Assembly: GCA_028023455.1 (NCBI GenBank)
Contig: JAQFVV010000004.1
Location: 15,314,001 to 15,378,000, forward strand
Direction: 5' to 3'
DNA: 64,000 nucleotides
Source of the DNA: Epiperipatus broadwayi
Lineage: Eukaryota; Animalia; Onychophora
The stretch's first letter is position 1; each line of letters opens with the position of its first letter. The translations under genes were made by a program, and so were the position numbers. Under the pieces are notes generated by a model. That model searched no databases. It saw only the letters and a program-made list of their open reading frames with translations, and was not told the DNA's origin. This document shows, one piece after another, positions 26,850-39,019 of this stretch.

Positions 26850-27330
26850 AAATTGTTCATAAGTCTTGTTTAAAATGGTCTACTGAACAAAGCATTGAAT
26901 ACAATAGAAATACGTATTAAATGAAATTAAATGTTTTTATTAAATATATAGAGCATCAAATATTCGGACTCATTTTAGTGCCTATTCATTTCACTACCTC
27001 ACATATGTCATCAACCATGATGCTATATAACGAATCTTCATTTTCAGGCCAAATGGACTATCTTCTTGTAACTCAGTCTTTGAATTTTTTCACACTTACT
27101 TTTGCATTTTAGATATGTAAACATTAAATTTCATCAACGCTAAGCATTAAAACGGCAGATTTGGTTATGTTAAAAGAATGGCATTTACAAACAGACGGAG
27201 ATAAAATGCCATCGCGTAGTCGTAGTAATATGTTGCCTACTTTTTCGTCTATATTTTCAAGTCTTTGAAAATTAATATCTGATGATAATTTTTCCTTCTT
27301 ATTTTGTGCAAATAAACAAATAATTTAGAT
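26850..27330 (-). pseudogene. Possible degenerate DNA transposase remnant (hAT-like)
   Basis: Minus-strand LYSIMVDDICEV (~27033-26990) resembles the first catalytic-D motif of hAT transposases (FSI..DESTD). There is an upstream stop-free stretch of ~65 codons. Support is weak. Confidence 0.25.
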
Positions 27331-28641
27331 AGTAAAAATATTAGTCACCTTAATGTGACGTTTCAAAAACAGATGGCTATAATTTGACGCATCTGTCAAG
27401 TTTTTTTTTTTATATATATATAACATTTTTTTAAGCATCTTCAATTGATTCTTTAGTTTTAAAGTAGCTATTAATAATTAGGAAAGATTGCAACTGACCT
27501 CCAGCTGTGTTGAGGTTGCTTGAAATACTTTCCAAGTGTTTAACTTTTCTTATTTAGCTTAATAATAGGTAACAATTGAATTAGCATTGTTGTCACTAGG
27601 GGTCAGTACAGCTTCTTTCCATCCCCCAAATTGGCTTATTCCACTGAACAGGAAATCACAGGCAGTAATTAGTGAGATATTTCCTGATTGAGATGATTGG
27701 TCTCTCTTCTAGTCATCTCTCTTTTCTCAAACTGGCGAGTAGAAAACAAATCAGGTTTGAAAAAACCCCAGCTGGTGTGAAAATTGTGTCAACAACTTTG
27801 ACAAAGAAAATCTCAAAATATGTGTATAGAGAAAATTATTCAACTCTGAGGACATTATCATATACTTTGATTACTCCAAGGAAATGTTTGAAATGTCAAC
27901 TTTTATTGTTTTGCACAAAATATACCAATTAAATAATCGTTAATTATATTGAGATATCAAAAGTTGATCAGTTCGCCTCCTGTAATTTAAAGTTGTAAAT
28001 ATGTCTGTAAACTTATTCAAGTAGTTGGAATTGCTATTGCTTGCACCTTTATACAAATATAATAATTATTAAACTATTAAGATATCAAATGTAATTATTC
28101 ATATTAAACATGCAAATTATTATTTTGCAGTCCCCCCCAAAAATTGTACTTTTCTCCCACATACATTCTTTTTGTAATATATTCATGTCCCAACTGTTTC
28201 TCGTACTTAGTGAATTTTTGAATTTATTTAAATTTTAAATAGACTCTCTAAAAACTTATATTTGGAAATAAAATATCAGATTTGAGTATTTTATAAACGA
28301 TATAATCATTTGATTTGTTGAAAAAGTCTAAGTTTGTTCTTGATGTTATGCAATTTTAATGTGAGTTCTTCATTAGTTAAGTGCTTAATTGCTGCAGAAT
28401 AAATTGAAAATTAATAGTAAGGAAGGCAGATGGTTTCTTGTGACAAATTGCCAACTAACAAAGTTTGTTTTAGAGTTTGTTCTTGATGGTGCTGGTAAAT
28501 GCATAAATATATATATATATGAATATTTCCTGCTTCCTTTCTATTAATAAAAATAAATAAACACTAACTATTATATGTTGTCATAATAAGAATAATGTCA
28601 TTGGTATAGATGTATATGAAATATACATAAATTAACAAAAC

Positions 28642-28800
28642 TCTCAACTATCCACGCGATCTCATACTGCTGACACACTTGATTACACAGCATTAGATAG
28701 CGTGGATAGTTGAGGGTCATGTGAAAGTCTGAGTTCAAACCTCTATATATTACATATTGGAGTGCAGGTATGAAAAAGCCTGTACTGTACGAAAAAATTC
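28642..28800 (+). repeat. Fragment related to the 19380-19500 repeat end, with a 15-bp perfect hairpin
   Basis: CTCAACTATCCACGC (28643-57) pairs with GCGTGGATAGTTGAG (28700-14). The downstream AAGTCTGAGTT...TATATATTACA...AAGCCTGTAC is shared with 19433-19497. Confidence 0.7.
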
Positions 28801-29599
28801 ATATATGAATTAACGAAGTAAATAAACAATAAATTTGGGCATGGATTCGTATAAGATGGATCTTAATGAAAGTAATAAAACATTTATTTAATGTTTGCTT
28901 AATGTGAATGTATAGAGATATTCACATAAACATAATTTAACATTTTAATAGCATGCATATCGCCGGAATTGTGAAGAGCAAGCAATTACATTCCCTAATT
29001 GTCATCCAAAATATTGATAAATTAAATATTTTCAATTTCGATTGTCAACAAAAATTATTTACTATCTTAATTAGTTTTAATTTTTCTTTAATTAAAAGAA
29101 AAAAAATTAAACTTTTAAAAGCATATATAGGAAGTAATATTTTTCTGATTTTCGTCTTCATTGTTTGTTTGTTTTTTAAAAAAATATTGACATCAAAACA
29201 CCATGCACACTAGATAAGAAAATAGTTTGTATGTAGAAAATTTATCATATCTTAGAAGCAATTGCACAAGTGAATTTATTTTTGAATGTTGTAAAAGTAA
29301 TCAAATGATTGGCACTTAGCTGAATCAATTTTAATAAAATAATAATTAGTTTGATCTATAGAATTGTTTTTCTCAATATGTCACTTATGGATATGAAAGT
29401 CATAATTTCCTGAGCAATTAACTATACAATTATTGTTATTTAATAATATTGCATTTTTTTAACAGTTCTACATCATAATTATTTCTTCACTGAATATCAA
29501 TAATTTATAAATGCCACTAATGTGAATATTTGAAGCCCCCCCCCCCCCCAAAGAAAACTTGAAATCTATGTGTTCAAATCGAACTTTATTGTTTATAAA

Positions 29600-30900
29600 A
29601 AGTTACATTGTTGAAAATACATGATTGAAAACTACATAACTTTGGAAAAAACAAATAAATATTATTGGTACAGTTCAAATACATTGTTGGCAGGTATCTG
29701 ATAAATGTAAACTTGTAAACAGTAATTTGCCTGTGTTCTATTTTCATTGTCTGGGGTTTAGTTCATCAGTTTAAAATACTTTTTGATTGAATTAAATATA
29801 TTCTTTGGACTATTCAATACATATGTGAACAAAAAAATAATAATAATTGTTCTTGTTGCAGCATAAGTCATTTTGAGGTTATGGTCTGTCTTGGATTTTT
29901 AATAGTGACCATATAGCAGCAAATATATCTTGGTTTGCAATTTTGCCATCTCTGGCCTTCAGTTGTTTAAGCTTATTAGAGAATGTGGCTGGGTGCATTC
30001 TGGTGTTGTTTCCAAGGCAGAAAGTACATCTGGTACACCACAAAATATATAAACAAAAAGTTACTGCACAGGCTGCTAGTATTGAGCCTTTACTGAGTGT
30101 CTCTATTAGGCCATAAAGTTTGCTGTTATTTTGTCTATATCTGTTAATCATAATTTCTTGGATATTTGTCAGAGCTATGCAGGTGTGGAGTGGGTGTTGT
30201 TGCGTTTCTTCTTCCCTGTGGCACAAGGAACAAAAAGCATCAATTTTGTGGTAAAACCTGTGGTATTTAAGAAAATAGGAGATAAGTAGAGTGTGAACAT
30301 TTAGCCTTAAGAGAAAGTCAAAATTCCAATGTTTTTTTAATCGCTGCATCAAACAACTGTTGTTCATATTTAGCATTGATGACTGGGGATCAGTAGTTAT
30401 ATCTGGGTACAGAATATTATAAATACTCCAATAAGTGTATCTACCAACTCCCAAAAAAGACACCTGATCATAAATGGTTTTAAGTTGGTTTATGAGCAAA
30501 GACAAATATCCATGTGATGGTGGTAGTCAGTCTGTGGGTATTATTTGAATGATGCATTTGATAACAGGAAATCTTATCAGTGCAGCCAGGAGATTAATAT
30601 CATTTGGTTTGTGAAAAAATTGAATGGAGTGAAGACCTAATGGAAGACTAAGTCATTTTACAGAGATGGAGACTATTTTTCTGTACCATAATGGTCTGCT
30701 ACAGAGTGAGTAAATGGACGAAGTGAAAGATTTAGTGAAGTTTATGATTGGTGAATAATAGGTTATTTTTGTAGTTACAATGATTGAAAAGACATACTTT
30801 TGCATATAATGAGTGGTAGATTTTGGAGAGAGAAGTGGTTGTGTGTTCAGCATCATCTTTCAGTTTTTTCTGGATCTTTTGTTTCATTCCAAAGGGCTCT
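29600..30900 (-). mobile_element. L1/Tx1-clade LINE 3' fragment with C-terminal zinc knuckle
   Basis: ORF 30505-29879 contains CSLCHREEETQQHPLHTC (30232-30179) followed by ...LYILWCTRC, typical of the L1/Tx1 ORF2 C-terminus. Confidence 0.75.
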
Positions 30901-31029
30901 AGGTAGAAAGAAGAAACCTTGAAGTTTAATTATAAAATTAAGTAACCTTAGACAAATGTAAATTAAAGTTATATGCATTGACACACATTTGTAGAAAAGC
31001 TATAAATTAAATGAAAATAAATATAAAAT

Positions 31030-32850
31030 GGAAGTTAATAACTTTTGAGGGCATTAAATGTCCTCATAGTCATAATTAGAATGTTTGTGAATGCATAGGT
31101 GTGTGTGTATATATATATAAACAATAGATTATTCAAACTGTATTAAATCAGATAGTTCATTTTTTTAGAAAGAGGAAATAGGATTTCTTCTGGTTTATGG
31201 TATAATTGTTGTTAGCTATATGCCAGGTTTCTTTGATCTCCTGCTTAGAATCATTTCCTTCGATGTATGCTAGGGTCAAATGTATGACCTGTGATGTTTT
31301 AGTATGCTCAGGGTTATGAGTGCTCATCTGTAAAGATATCAATGTTGTGAAATCTGAGTAGAGAAGGATGTGTGTAATTCAGCATAATATATAGCATTGC
31401 ACCCTGCTTGGGGGCATATAATTTTGTATACAGTGTGTGACATTTTATCTGTATTGAATGTATTCTTGGAATTATTTATTAATCTGTTAGTTAAGGGAAG
31501 AGTACCCTAGCTAACTCAATGCATTAATGAGCAAGTTTTGTTAATGTTTTGGGCTATCTGAGGGATATATGGCAGTAGTATCCAGGGTCCATCATTTTTG
31601 GGAAGATCCTGTTATAAAATTGTTTAACTCTTCATGTGAGGTCATTATATTTGGAATCTATGAGATATTGCTCAATATTAGATTTTTGAGCAGAAAATTT
31701 GCATAGGTGGTAGTTTCTATATAAAAATGAAGACAAGCCAGGATATTTATGAGAGTGAGGTGAAATGGATTTAGGGTGTGTAAAACCTCAGATTACAAGA
31801 GGTTTGACGTGAATCTTGTATACTTTAGGTGGAGATTATCTCTATGTATCTGTATATCTAAATATTTCAACTCCCTGTGGTGGTCTTCCCAATCTATTTT
31901 CCACAACAATGTGGATTTTGCCTTCAGGTTTGTTTTGATGTCATAAATTAAAGATTCAGCATCACATATAAATATATCATCTATGTAATGTGTAGATAAG
32001 GTTGGAGTATGTGTGAAATATTAAGAGAGGAGCTGGCTTTCAATACGATTAAGGTATGTACTAGACACAATTATACTTATGAGCAAGCCTATAGGCTGGC
32101 CGGCTGTCATATAATAATGTTATTCCTCAAACATGGTAATCAACTAAGGAAGTTATGATAAAGTTAATTCATGTAAGTAAATAATTGGAGTTTCAGACTT
32201 AATGACGCTAATAGAATGTTTTTTTTTTGATAGAACCATATAGCTCACTTATGTCAAGAGAAGCCATTTTTTACTCCTAATTTTGTGCTTTTAATTAGAT
32301 TCACAAAGTCAAAGGATGACTTAAATGTGTAAGCACCATAAGAGTTGTTCAGTTAACCACTAGTTATCCATTTTAGTGGTGCCATAGTAATGCGCAATTT
32401 CAAAATCTAACATTAACCTAAGTAGGGCATTTGACTTTTGCAATTCACATTGGTGAACATTTGAGGTGGTGTTGCAACAGATAGGTAAATTTTATAATTT
32501 TCATCTTTGGTAAAAGCTTTATTTATTGTAGTGTTTGCACAATATGTTGTTAATAAATTTGTCTTTATTCCATTTTATATCATAATTTGGGGAGAATATT
32601 AAATTTCCGTTTGTTTATCTGAGCAATCGTTTTATCCATAAAGTCGGCTTTTGAAAGTTGTTAAAATAGTTTCTAAAATTAATGAATCTTTTATCCTACT
32701 AGTTTTATTGCCGGTGCTCATTTAAACAAGTTTTGGAATTAGTGTTAATAGTTCTTGATAATTAACAATCTGATCCGATGAATTATTATTAAAATTTTTA
32801 AATAATCATTGAAAGATAAGTGAAATTACTGTTTACCTGAAAAATTATGA
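31030..32850 (-). mobile_element. Degenerate Penelope-like element (RT + GIY-YIG endonuclease)
   Basis: Motifs occur in the expected order: YTFKSSFDFVNLIK, MASLDISELYGS (32267-32232), GQPIGLLISIIVSSTYLNRIE, YIDD (31987-31976), LKYLDIQI, LPYIPQIA, VYKIICPQAGCNAIYYAE (31431-31378), EIKETWHI...INQK. Confidence 0.88.
31033..31073 (-). ncRNA. Hammerhead-like relic with non-canonical core downstream of the Penelope ORF
   Basis: ATGACTA-T-GAGGACAT-TTA-ATGCCCTC-AAA-AGTTATTAACT. Stem II and the palindromic stem III are good, but stem I is not convincing. Confidence 0.35.
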
Positions 32851-32854
32851 TCAT

Positions 32855-33335
32855 GGTATTTCCAGCATTTAATATTAATTGTTAAATATCTTTAGAAAAA
32901 TTCAATTATTTAAGCCTTTCAAATACATTCACTTATTAGTAATAGCACACAGATTGATATATAACACAATGTTTCAAATGGTATAATTCTTTCTTTTTCA
33001 AGATGTTGGCTTGGCCAGTGACAATACTAGCATGGAATTTGATCTTGGACCTTTAGCTTTGTGAATATTGAATTTAAGGTAATGCTGTAACTAACTAAGC
33101 CTTTCAGTCAAAGGCAACCACCAGTGGAAATTTTATATACTTATCTAAGAGGGTCCTTATTTATCAATTTTTTCCTAAGGGTGAGATTAATGAGAGAAGA
33201 ATAACACAACTCAAACTATATTTTATAATAATCTATGTAATATTACTAATAGTTGATTTTATTTTAAAACTTTAAATAAAGTTTGAGTTTTCTAAAAACA
33301 TGTAACAATTAATATTAGATGATGGAACTAGTCCA
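32855..33335. mobile_element. Old palindromic element with tRNA-like (SINE) centre, same family as 53880-54407
   Basis: The arms are reverse-complementary (AATATTAATT...TTTAGAAAA vs TTTTCTAAA...AATTAATATT). TTAAGGTAATGCT...AACT(A/G)AGCCTT is shared with 54120-54149. Confidence 0.65.
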
Positions 33336-34448
33336 ATATGCAATGAATATTAAAGGACATTAAATTTGTAGATGCGTAATTACTCTGATATATATCTATA
33401 TGTGATTTAATCCAGCATCAACTACATTAATGGAGATGTTTGATAAGATAAATATTTTAAGTTTTTAAATTATAAAATAATGGAATTTGAATTACTTCTT
33501 TATGCATTCTGTTGTTACATTCCTTAGAAATAATTCCCAATGGCTCTCCATTTTTTTATTCCTTATGAAGCTCTTGAAATTGTTTACTCATGTCAGCTAC
33601 TGTTCAATTTATGTCACAAATGAATATTCTTGTTTTCTTTTGCTTTTACCTCCACAAAATATTAACATTTTTAAATGAATTTGTTTTCATAACATGTCCA
33701 ATGTATGATAATTTTCATATGGATGTCTTGACTTCTAGGAAGAATTGAAGCTTAATTCCTTTAATAACTGATTCACTGATTATTTTTCTGTCCAAGTAAT
33801 TGTAAGTCATATTCATTAACACTTCAGTTCAAAGGTATCTTTTTTTTTTATTTATATATAAAATTCAATTATCACAAAGATACGATAATGCTAGGAAGTC
33901 TTGTTAGAGATAGTTCTAAGAACTTTTGTTTTTATTTAATCATCTGTGTTTTTGACTATATGTATGCATATCCTTGTGTAAATTTGAATAACAATAGATG
34001 AAATTATTTTTTGCTGCTAATGACACAATTATTATATGTAATTAATTGTATCAGATGTCTCCAAATTGGAGAGGAAACTTTTAGTAATAGATGCTTTGAA
34101 TTAAATAGTAAAATTTCCCCCATTAAAATGGTTTGATTTGAACTATCACTTATTAACTCAGCACAATTTTATTTATAAACATGTTTGTTTTAATATTAAA
34201 ATATCTAATTTTCTTATTAATATACTTTTTAATTATTATGATATATATTTGCATTTTATTCACTTTCAGATATGTAAAAAATCGATAAATATTAATAATG
34301 AAAATGATTTCTTTGTTAATTCAGCCTCATAAACTTTTGTTATTAAGTGCTAATTTTGACTCATTTATGCTCAGAAGAGTTAATTCTTAAAATACATATT
34401 GTTTTAAAGCACTAAACATCACATGATTATTTCTTATACTAGCACGTT

Positions 34449-34570
34449 TTAAATAAGGCAAAACTCTCCATACAGTAGTGCCACCCTGTGCCAATCAGAG
34501 TAATCAATGGATGCCAGAAGGCTAGTCCATAAAATCTTAATCCAGTGCCTACTCATCCAATATTCCCAAA
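34449..34570. mobile_element. One-ended copy of the TTAA MITE family of 20306-20449
   Basis: TTAA|ATAAGGCAAAACTCTCCATACAGTAG then TAATCAATGGATGCCAGAAGGC, the reverse complement of 20379-20400. Confidence 0.75.
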
Positions 34571-35394
34571 CAAAGCTCCTCATTGATGAAGGCACAAGTG
34601 TTATTAATATATAAAATTGAGTATGACACTCTTGACATATTGTAAAATTTATTTATAATTTTACTTTTTTTTAAAGTGATAGTGTAGCACACTCAGAGAA
34701 GTACAAATGGCTGTTCAAATATAAAATTTAGAAATTTTAATGTTTTTATTTTGTTTATATATATATTTGGATAACATATAATTGAAGTCATGTAGTTAGA
34801 TACAGTATAATTTATGGCTCCATTATATTATGTTGTTTTTGTAAAATTTAAGTTTATACTCTATTATTTTTTCATGTTTTTATACATTGTTTTTCTCAAC
34901 TGTTTTGATAGGCACAGTCTTTCTCAGAGTTATGACAGTATATTATTTTAATTTGGGGTGGGTGGGAATGAATTACAATACAAGATATAAGTAAAAATTA
35001 AATTTTAATATTCTTTGAGTTATTTACTATTTTCAGCAGGTTTTTTTTTTTTTTTTGGCTAATTTTTGGGGTATAATTAAAAGGACAATATTCTCAACAA
35101 AACTCCATTCAAGAGTAGATTAACAAAAAAGATATTTTCCATGATTAAAATTTATTTCATTTTTTCATTTACAAAATGGAATGTGAAATATAAATTCCAA
35201 AATAATTTAATTAATTTAGATGGTAAACTGTTAATGAAATTGTAGAGAAAAAGTAAACTTTGTTGAGGTTTCAATTAATCCATGATTATAGTAATCATTT
35301 AAATCACAAAAACTAATGTATTTAATTTTAAAAATAATCCTTAACAAGGATCAAACATAAATTTGTTCATAGTGTTGTTTTCAAATAATTAATA

Positions 35395-35683
35395 ATGATT
35401 TCAACACAACTATATGACCTTATTGAAAAAATTAAAAGATTGAAATGGAGTTGGGCTGGACATATTGCTAGAAGAGATGATAATAGATGGACAATTGAAA
35501 TTTTAAACTGGATTCCAAGAGATTGTAAAAGACCCAGAAAGAGACCACATGTGAGATGGATGGATGAAATAAGAAAATGTGCAGGGGTGTTGTGGAGAAG
35601 AGAAGCTAAAGATCGGAGAAGATGGATTAAACTTGGAGAGACCTTCATCCTGCAGTGGATTGATAATGGTTGATGATGATGAT
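35395..35683 (+). mobile_element. RTE-clade LINE 3' end with (GAT)n tail
   Basis: IEKIKRLKWSWAGHIARRDDNRWTIEILNWIPRDCKRPRKRPHVRWMDEIRKCAG...ILQWIDNG* is followed immediately by GATGATGATGAT. Confidence 0.92.
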
Positions 35684-36285
35684 ATAAAAATAAATATTTT
35701 CTTTATTACTGAACCAGTTTTCACTCTATATTAGAGTCTTTTCAAAATACACTTCCAACACAATTGAAATAAAATAACTATATAAAAATAAATATTTTCT
35801 TTATTACTGAACAAGTTTACATTCTATATTAGGGCCTTTTCAAAATGCACTTGCAACACAATTGAAATAAAACAACCACATAAAAATAAATATTTTCTTT
35901 ATTACTGATATTAAAGCCTTTTGAAATACCCTTGAAATAAAATAACTATATAAAAATAAATATTTTCTTTATTACTGAACCAGTTTTCACTCTATATTAA
36001 AGTCTTTTCAAAATACACTTCCAACACAATTGAAATAAAATAACTATATAAAAATAAATATTTTCTTTATTACTGAACAAGTTTACATTCTATATTAGGG
36101 CCTTTTCAAAATGCACTTGCAACACAATTGAAATAAAACAACCACATAAAAATAAATATTTTCTTTATTACTGATATTAAAGCCTTTCGAAATACCCTTG
36201 AAATAAAATAACTATATAAAAATAAATATTTTCTTTATTACCGAACCAGTTTTCACTCTATATTATGGCCTTTTCAAAATACACT
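35684..36285. repeat. Higher-order minisatellite: (98+98+70 bp) x2 plus a partial unit
   Basis: ATAAAAATAAATATTTTCTTTATTAC starts at 35684, 35782, 35880, 35950, 36048, 36146 and 36216. Variant types repeat with a 266-bp period. Confidence 0.93.
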
Positions 36286-36306
36286 TTTTTAGAAAAGTGT
36301 ATTTTG

Positions 36307-36535
36307 TAATAGTAATAATCAGCCATTAAGCTAATGCACATGCGCTTTGTGGATTTTAACTATAAATGAATACTCTCACTTCCAAACACAAGATAAAGTC
36401 TTTGCGAAAAGATAGATGGATTCATTCTATCTTTTCACAAAGACTTTATGTTGTGTTTAGAAATGAGAGTATTCATTTGTAGTTAAAATCCACAAAGCGC
36501 ATGTGCATTAGCTTAATGGCTGATTATTACTATTA
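36307..36535. repeat. 229-bp near-perfect palindrome (foldback/MITE-like)
   Basis: TAATAGTAATAATCAGCCATTAAGCTAATGCACATGCGCTTTGTGG... and its reverse complement ending at 36535. Confidence 0.92.
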
Positions 36536-39019
36536 AAGTTTATAAAACATAGCACTATATAAAATAAATATCTCATTTACAAAAGTGTTGTGCTTCAATG
36601 GATTGAATGTAGAGCCCCTTGGAGCCACTGCTTCATCATGTTAGCATCATTTATTAAATGAGCCATAATAAAAGGTTGCATGGACCATATGTAGCTCACA
36701 AGCTATCGTGATTTAGCCATTAATTAGGGAAAAAGATTATATAATCAACCAATATTGATGAATTGCTATTTGAAAATGAATGTGTTTTTTAGGTAAATAC
36801 TTTATTGAGATACACTTATAAGATAATAAATATTGATTTAAAATTTCTTTAGGAAAGTATTGTATTTGGCTAATTGTTTTTCCATTTTCAGACAGCATTT
36901 TGACATATTTGTTGAAAATGATTTGTAATTCCTATTCTATTCTACAATACTCATATTTTAATATATTTGATCCAAATACAAGTTGGATTAATATAATGAA
37001 GTTAAAATTTATTCTTTAGCACAACTTTATCTAACAATTTTAAACTGTAGTGGAAACGTTAACCCTGGCATTGTACGTTTTATTATAAAACTAATAGAAA
37101 CCTGCAAAATATTTGTGTTTAACATTAAATATATTCTATTCCTCTCTTCCTTTCATTGATTTTCTTTTTTTATTATTCTCTTTTCATATTACTTTTTCCT
37201 ATCTCTATCAGTTTGCCATTTATAATGTGCATTTATTAAATTGTCAATAAATAAAATAATTGAATTTTTTTAAATGAGTATACTTTTGACAGGAAAAAAA
37301 CACACATACACAGGTAGACACATAAATATCTATTAATATATGTTATACGTTTAATATATTTTGTATATTTTTTAAACTGACTTTTGTATATACATTCCAA
37401 TTGATTAGAGTCAAATAAAAGTTTACATTTGCAATTTTTTTAAATTTTGTTTTGTTTGTTTTAGAAATGGTTAGTCTCAAGTAAAAAGTATTTGGATATT
37501 TAATTTAATAGTAATACATTAAAATAAATGATACAAATATATTTTTGGTAAATTCAGTTTATCATTTTATTTTTTTAATTGATTTACATATGCTATATAT
37601 TACAAATAAATGTTATTGTTGGTTTGTTTAATAAAATTTTTGTGTCAAAGATTGGGGGGGGGGATACTGTTATTTTTTAAAAGTTCCACACAAATGATAT
37701 CTCTTATAAAATTATATAGATATATTGAAGTCAGACTTAAAATTTATTTATATAATTACATAAATGAGAATACATTTTTGAAATATTTCAATCTACTTTT
37801 GATTTGTTTAATTTAATTTATATGAATTTTTTTCTTTCTTTCTTGCCTACTTTTTCTTCTTTTCTCTCTTTTCTTTTCTATTCTCTTTTTTAATTAACAC
37901 GAAAATAATTGCATAATAATTTTTTTAGTTAAAGAGTAAAATAAGAGTGGAAAACTATCCAAACTATCCCTTTTTTTTAATGAATATTTTGGATAATTCT
38001 TTTTTTTTTTCTATAATGGGCTTGTGTAGAGCACTTTACTCTAAATATAAAGTTAAAGAAGCATGACTTATAGCTAATAACACCCATGCTATAAACCAAA
38101 AGGAAACATGCTACTCTCTCTCTCTAAAAAGTGGACCCTCAAACCCACTTTGCATAAATTTAAATATTCATAACACACATTTTCCATTATGCTCATTCAA
38201 CTCACTGGCTGTGATTATGAGAAAATAAAACTTCCCAAAAGCACTCAGCCATTAATCTCATTATTTGTAATTAGTTTCACCAATACCTGCACTTTAGCAC
38301 ATTTAGACATATTATATGGATCTTATTTGTAAACTGAGTTATACCAAATAGAGGGTGTGTCCCTTCCAACATGTATTCACTATCTGCATTAGCAGCAGTA
38401 TCTTATTTTAGAATAATCAACAGATGTAAATCATAATGTTAACTAGATATCAAAACTAGTTTCTTTCATTTAAAGACATTAACATTGTAACTTAATATGC
38501 TTGTCTAGTTATATAAGTCTAACACTATATGACCTCATACATTCACAGAAACATGAATTTGTATGATGATAATAATTGTATTTTCCCCTATTTTTAACAT
38601 TACAGCAACTTCCATTAATTTTACTCATATATAAACTACATAATCTGGTACAGTGCAAAAAACTATAGAAGGGAAAATGGTAATATTTAGATGATGTGAA
38701 ATTTGGGTTTAAAAAATTAGAAGGAAGTTTCACTAGTGCTATAAAAATGGATAGTAAGATTAGTAAAAAGTTAGAAGCAAATTTGTGATATATTAAATAT
38801 TAAGAGTAAAAGAGTTCTTGGGTTCTTTGATGTACATCTATTATCAATCCCTATTATTATGAGAGTATTCATTGGAGCTGAAGAAGCAAGAATAAATAAA
38901 TCTAGAGTATATAAGCAGGTTCCTCAATTATCTGGTAACTTTGCCATTTCCCATGTGTCTATATAAGTTGTCAGGCGCCAGGTTCCTGTCTCTGTTCTTA
39001 ATATTATTAATAAAGTTTA

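Noticed and set aside
35684-36285. Repeat-spacer-like array resembling CRISPR
   Set aside because: The 'spacers' are homologous to one another and recur with a 266-bp period, the context is eukaryotic, and there are no cas genes. It is a minisatellite.
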